A stretch of 64,000 nucleotides of DNA from Octopus vulgaris (taxonomy: Eukaryota): assembly GCA_951406725.2 (NCBI GenBank), contig OX597821.1, forward strand, positions 71,052,001 through 71,116,000, given 5' to 3'. The notes under the pieces are model-generated. The model was not told the origin of the DNA, made no database searches, and was given only the letters and a program-made list of their open reading frames with translations. Of the stretch, positions 26,981-64,000 are shown in pieces. The translations under genes and the position numbers were made by a program. Each line of letters begins with the position of its first letter. The stretch's first letter is position 1.

Positions 26981-27566
26981 TCTTATATACATATATATAA
27001 TCTATATATAGGATATAAATTTTATACATTCATCTATATACCGGCATGTTTACATTATGAAAGTGGGTGATTGGGTGCATATATTATACCAGCATGTGCA
27101 TGCACACAAATGAGTACACACACACACACATACATGGTGAAGGTTCATGGTCAAGTGCTAATACAGATTGTATGCATGATCATGAGACTGTGGTTTCAAT
27201 TCCCAAACTGGGCTACACATTGTGTGCCTGAGCAAAACACTTCATTTCATGTTGGTCCAGTCGACTCCCTCTGCAAATCAGTGACTCCAGCAATGGACTG
27301 GCCTTCCAGTCAGAGGGTACGTCAGTCTGCTTCGCCTAGTCAGTGGGGTGGCATCGTCCAAAAGCTAAACCGATGCACATTGTGACTAGTGATGTTTATA
27401 ACATCTGATAGTCTGGTTGATCACATGAGACACACACGAGAGTGACTTGGCTTTCACATAGACACATGTGCTTGAAGGTGGATGTATAGTAAGATACGTC
27501 ATAACATGCAGTGCTTGGGCACTTTGTTTATGTGTGTGCATGTGCGTGTGTGTGTGTGCGTGTGCA

Positions 27567-27822
27567 TGTACTTAAATGAATGATAATAACAATGAAAATC
27601 TGAGAATTTCTCTGTTGTTTACTTTGTGTCTCATTATCCTCATTTAACGCCCATGTTCCATGCTGTCATGGGTTGGACGATTATTTATGCTTATGGATGT
27701 TAATCTGTGTTATCAACCGATGTATATTTCTGTAACTATACAAATGTGTAATTGGTGTGTGTTTGAATATATGTGATTGTGTGTGTGTGTGTGTGTATCA
27801 GTGTGTGCATATAGGTGTCTAT

Positions 27823-27867
<45 letters not shown>

Positions 27868-28087
27868 CATAAATATATGTATTGCAAGCATGCACACACA
27901 TTCAAACACACACCAATTACACATTTGTATAGTTACAGAAATACACAGATTAAACATCCATAAGCATAAATAGTCGTCCAACCCATGACAGCATGGAACA
28001 TGGGTGTTAAATGAGGATAATAAGACACAAAGTAAACAACAGAGAAATTCTCAGATTTTCATTGTCATTATCATTCATTTAGGTACA
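27567..28087. repeat. Long inverted repeat (arms 27567-27775 and 27893-28087)
   Basis: Arms are reverse complements with few mismatches and one ~15-nt indel. Confidence 0.9.
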
Positions 28088-28906
28088 CACACACACATGC
28101 ACACACGCAGGTATATCAAACATTATACAATGTAAATTTTTTTAATTAGAATTATTTCCATCTCTAGGAAATGCGCCCTAATTATCATCATTTGTCGTTT
28201 AACATCTGCTTTCCATGCAACCATGGGTTAAATTGCAATTAAGACCATTTCCATATAAGAAGAGGAGATAATCCTAAGAATCAAGAATTCTCCAAAGCTG
28301 ACATACCTGGTTGTTTGACTTGTTAAAAATAATAGCCAAATATGCCTCATATCACACTTAAGCATTTTTTTCAAAAGTGATAAATTAGATATGATAACAG
28401 ATATATTGTTTAGAAAAATAAATGACAGGGTGGTCATAGCTGGAATGCCTCTCATCATAGATCTGATTCATTAAAGTAGGCTAAGGCCAAACAACAACCC
28501 ATGAATTTATTTCCTTTTATTAACTGCTATTTTTTTTACCTCTCCATATTACTTCTTCCTTCCACCATCCTCTTAACATTTTTTTTTGTTGAAAATGTTA
28601 ACTTTTCCATGCTTGTGTGAGTCAAAGTTTGAAGGATATTTTCTGCCACCAGATGTCCTTCCTGTCACCAACCCTCATCTGTTTCCAAGAAAAGTAATAT
28701 TTCTCCCTGGATAATACTCAGGATAATAGAAGAGAAAGGCCATCTCCAAGAAGGAAAGAATGCATCAAACAATGTAGTCTTATATCTCTCAAAGACAGAG
28801 TGGTCATGTGGAATGCCTTGGATCAATGGGTCTTCTCAATCAGGGATGAACCAAGGATTAACTAGAATATCAACAACAGCAACAACAAAAATCCAAATTA
28901 ACTCAC

Positions 28907-63006
<34,100 letters not shown>

Positions 63007-63071
63007 GATGGGGCTGATCAAGCTGAAATACAAGAATAAAATACATTGAGGATAATTACTTTATATAGTAA

Positions 63072-63380
63072 CCAGCAGCTAAGCCCGGTTTCACCCGGTC
63101 TGTTTGGATGATGTAGCTGTGATCGTTTTTGGTCAGGCATAATCTATAACAGCGTTTCTCAACCTGATCATTTCGGGTCCCCTGTTTCGATTGGAGCCTC
63201 CAGCTGTATGAAAATTTCCTGACTCCACCCCAGTCAGAAAACAGCTTCAGATCGATTTTCTCAGTAAGTGTGGGGGTTAGGAAAAAAATACAAACTGCAT
63301 TCCAATCTATGCACCAGTCTCCACATGTGTGCCATTTTTCATGTGAATCCACGCAGTCGTTTGGCTGTGAACCTCAAGAC
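63072..63380 (-). mobile_element. Possible non-autonomous Helitron 3' portion
   Basis: Minus-strand ccgggtgaaaccggg hairpin followed by gctgCTGG (CTRR-like end). Confidence 0.35.
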
Positions 63381-64000
63381 AAGAAAGAATACAACATTCG
63401 CCCATGTCCAATTTATATTATAGATTAATTCATCACCAATTAATGCCTGTTTTACATGCTGGAATGAGTTGGATGGTTTGAGATGACTCAATGGGTTGCA
63501 TGAGGCCACAAAGACGGCTAGACCCCCTTCCTAATGCCAACCACTTTACAGTGTGAAGTGGGTGCTGATTTTCAGTCCACTGGCACTATTGGGGTTACCC
63601 AGTAACTTGCAAGACAAGAAAAGAAAAAGAATTCAACAGAGGAAAGATACGGCTTTAGGCCAGATGCTGAGAGGCTGAAGTAGGAGAGAGGGACAAACAC
63701 AGGTGTCTGGTCATAGAGGAGATGCGGGGCTACCCGACATTATATGAGGGGGTGGGTGTAACTGGGAAGAAGATAAAAGGAAGGTAGTGATGGGGAGCGA
63801 GAAGAAACTCTCCAGGTACAAGAGGGCGAGCATACAAGCAGATACAGACAGTGGATCAGGAGTCAAGAGGGGGTAGTTTCATAAGAATGTAACAGGGGAG
63901 TAACATCGTTAGAGAGGGGGACTGGAGGTGAATGGAGTGAGCAATGAACAAGGATGGAGGTGTGGTTGATAAGAAATATCATTAAGGTGAAGGTATCAGG

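Overview
Repeat-rich eukaryotic DNA, most likely an Octopus species judging from the SINE/LINE families and microsatellite load (inference). The only host gene I can support is on the minus strand: ZNG1/CBWD, a COG0523/CobW-family zinc-regulated GTPase metallochaperone. Nine coding exons (63006 down to 28907) splice in frame through canonical GT-AG sites into a 212-aa N-terminal part with the PPDLVP, GFLGAGKT, CLCC, ETTG and NKVD motifs. I could not find the exons for the C-terminal CobW_C domain in the window. The rest is transposon debris (RTE, R4/Dong, Tx1-like and Penelope-like retroelements, several tRNA-derived SINEs, piggyBac derivatives and MITEs, Helitron fragments) and microsatellites. 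The most notable observations are: (1) small non-autonomous elements carrying minimal hammerhead-ribozyme motifs and Penelope-style inverted tails, including a tRNA-headed SINE inside a 10-bp TSD; (2) an in-frame, largely synonymously diverged duplicate of the 3' end of ZNG1 exon 4 with its own GT donor; (3) several long intronic fold-backs; and (4) a garbled 21-24 kb segment that looks like an assembly artefact.
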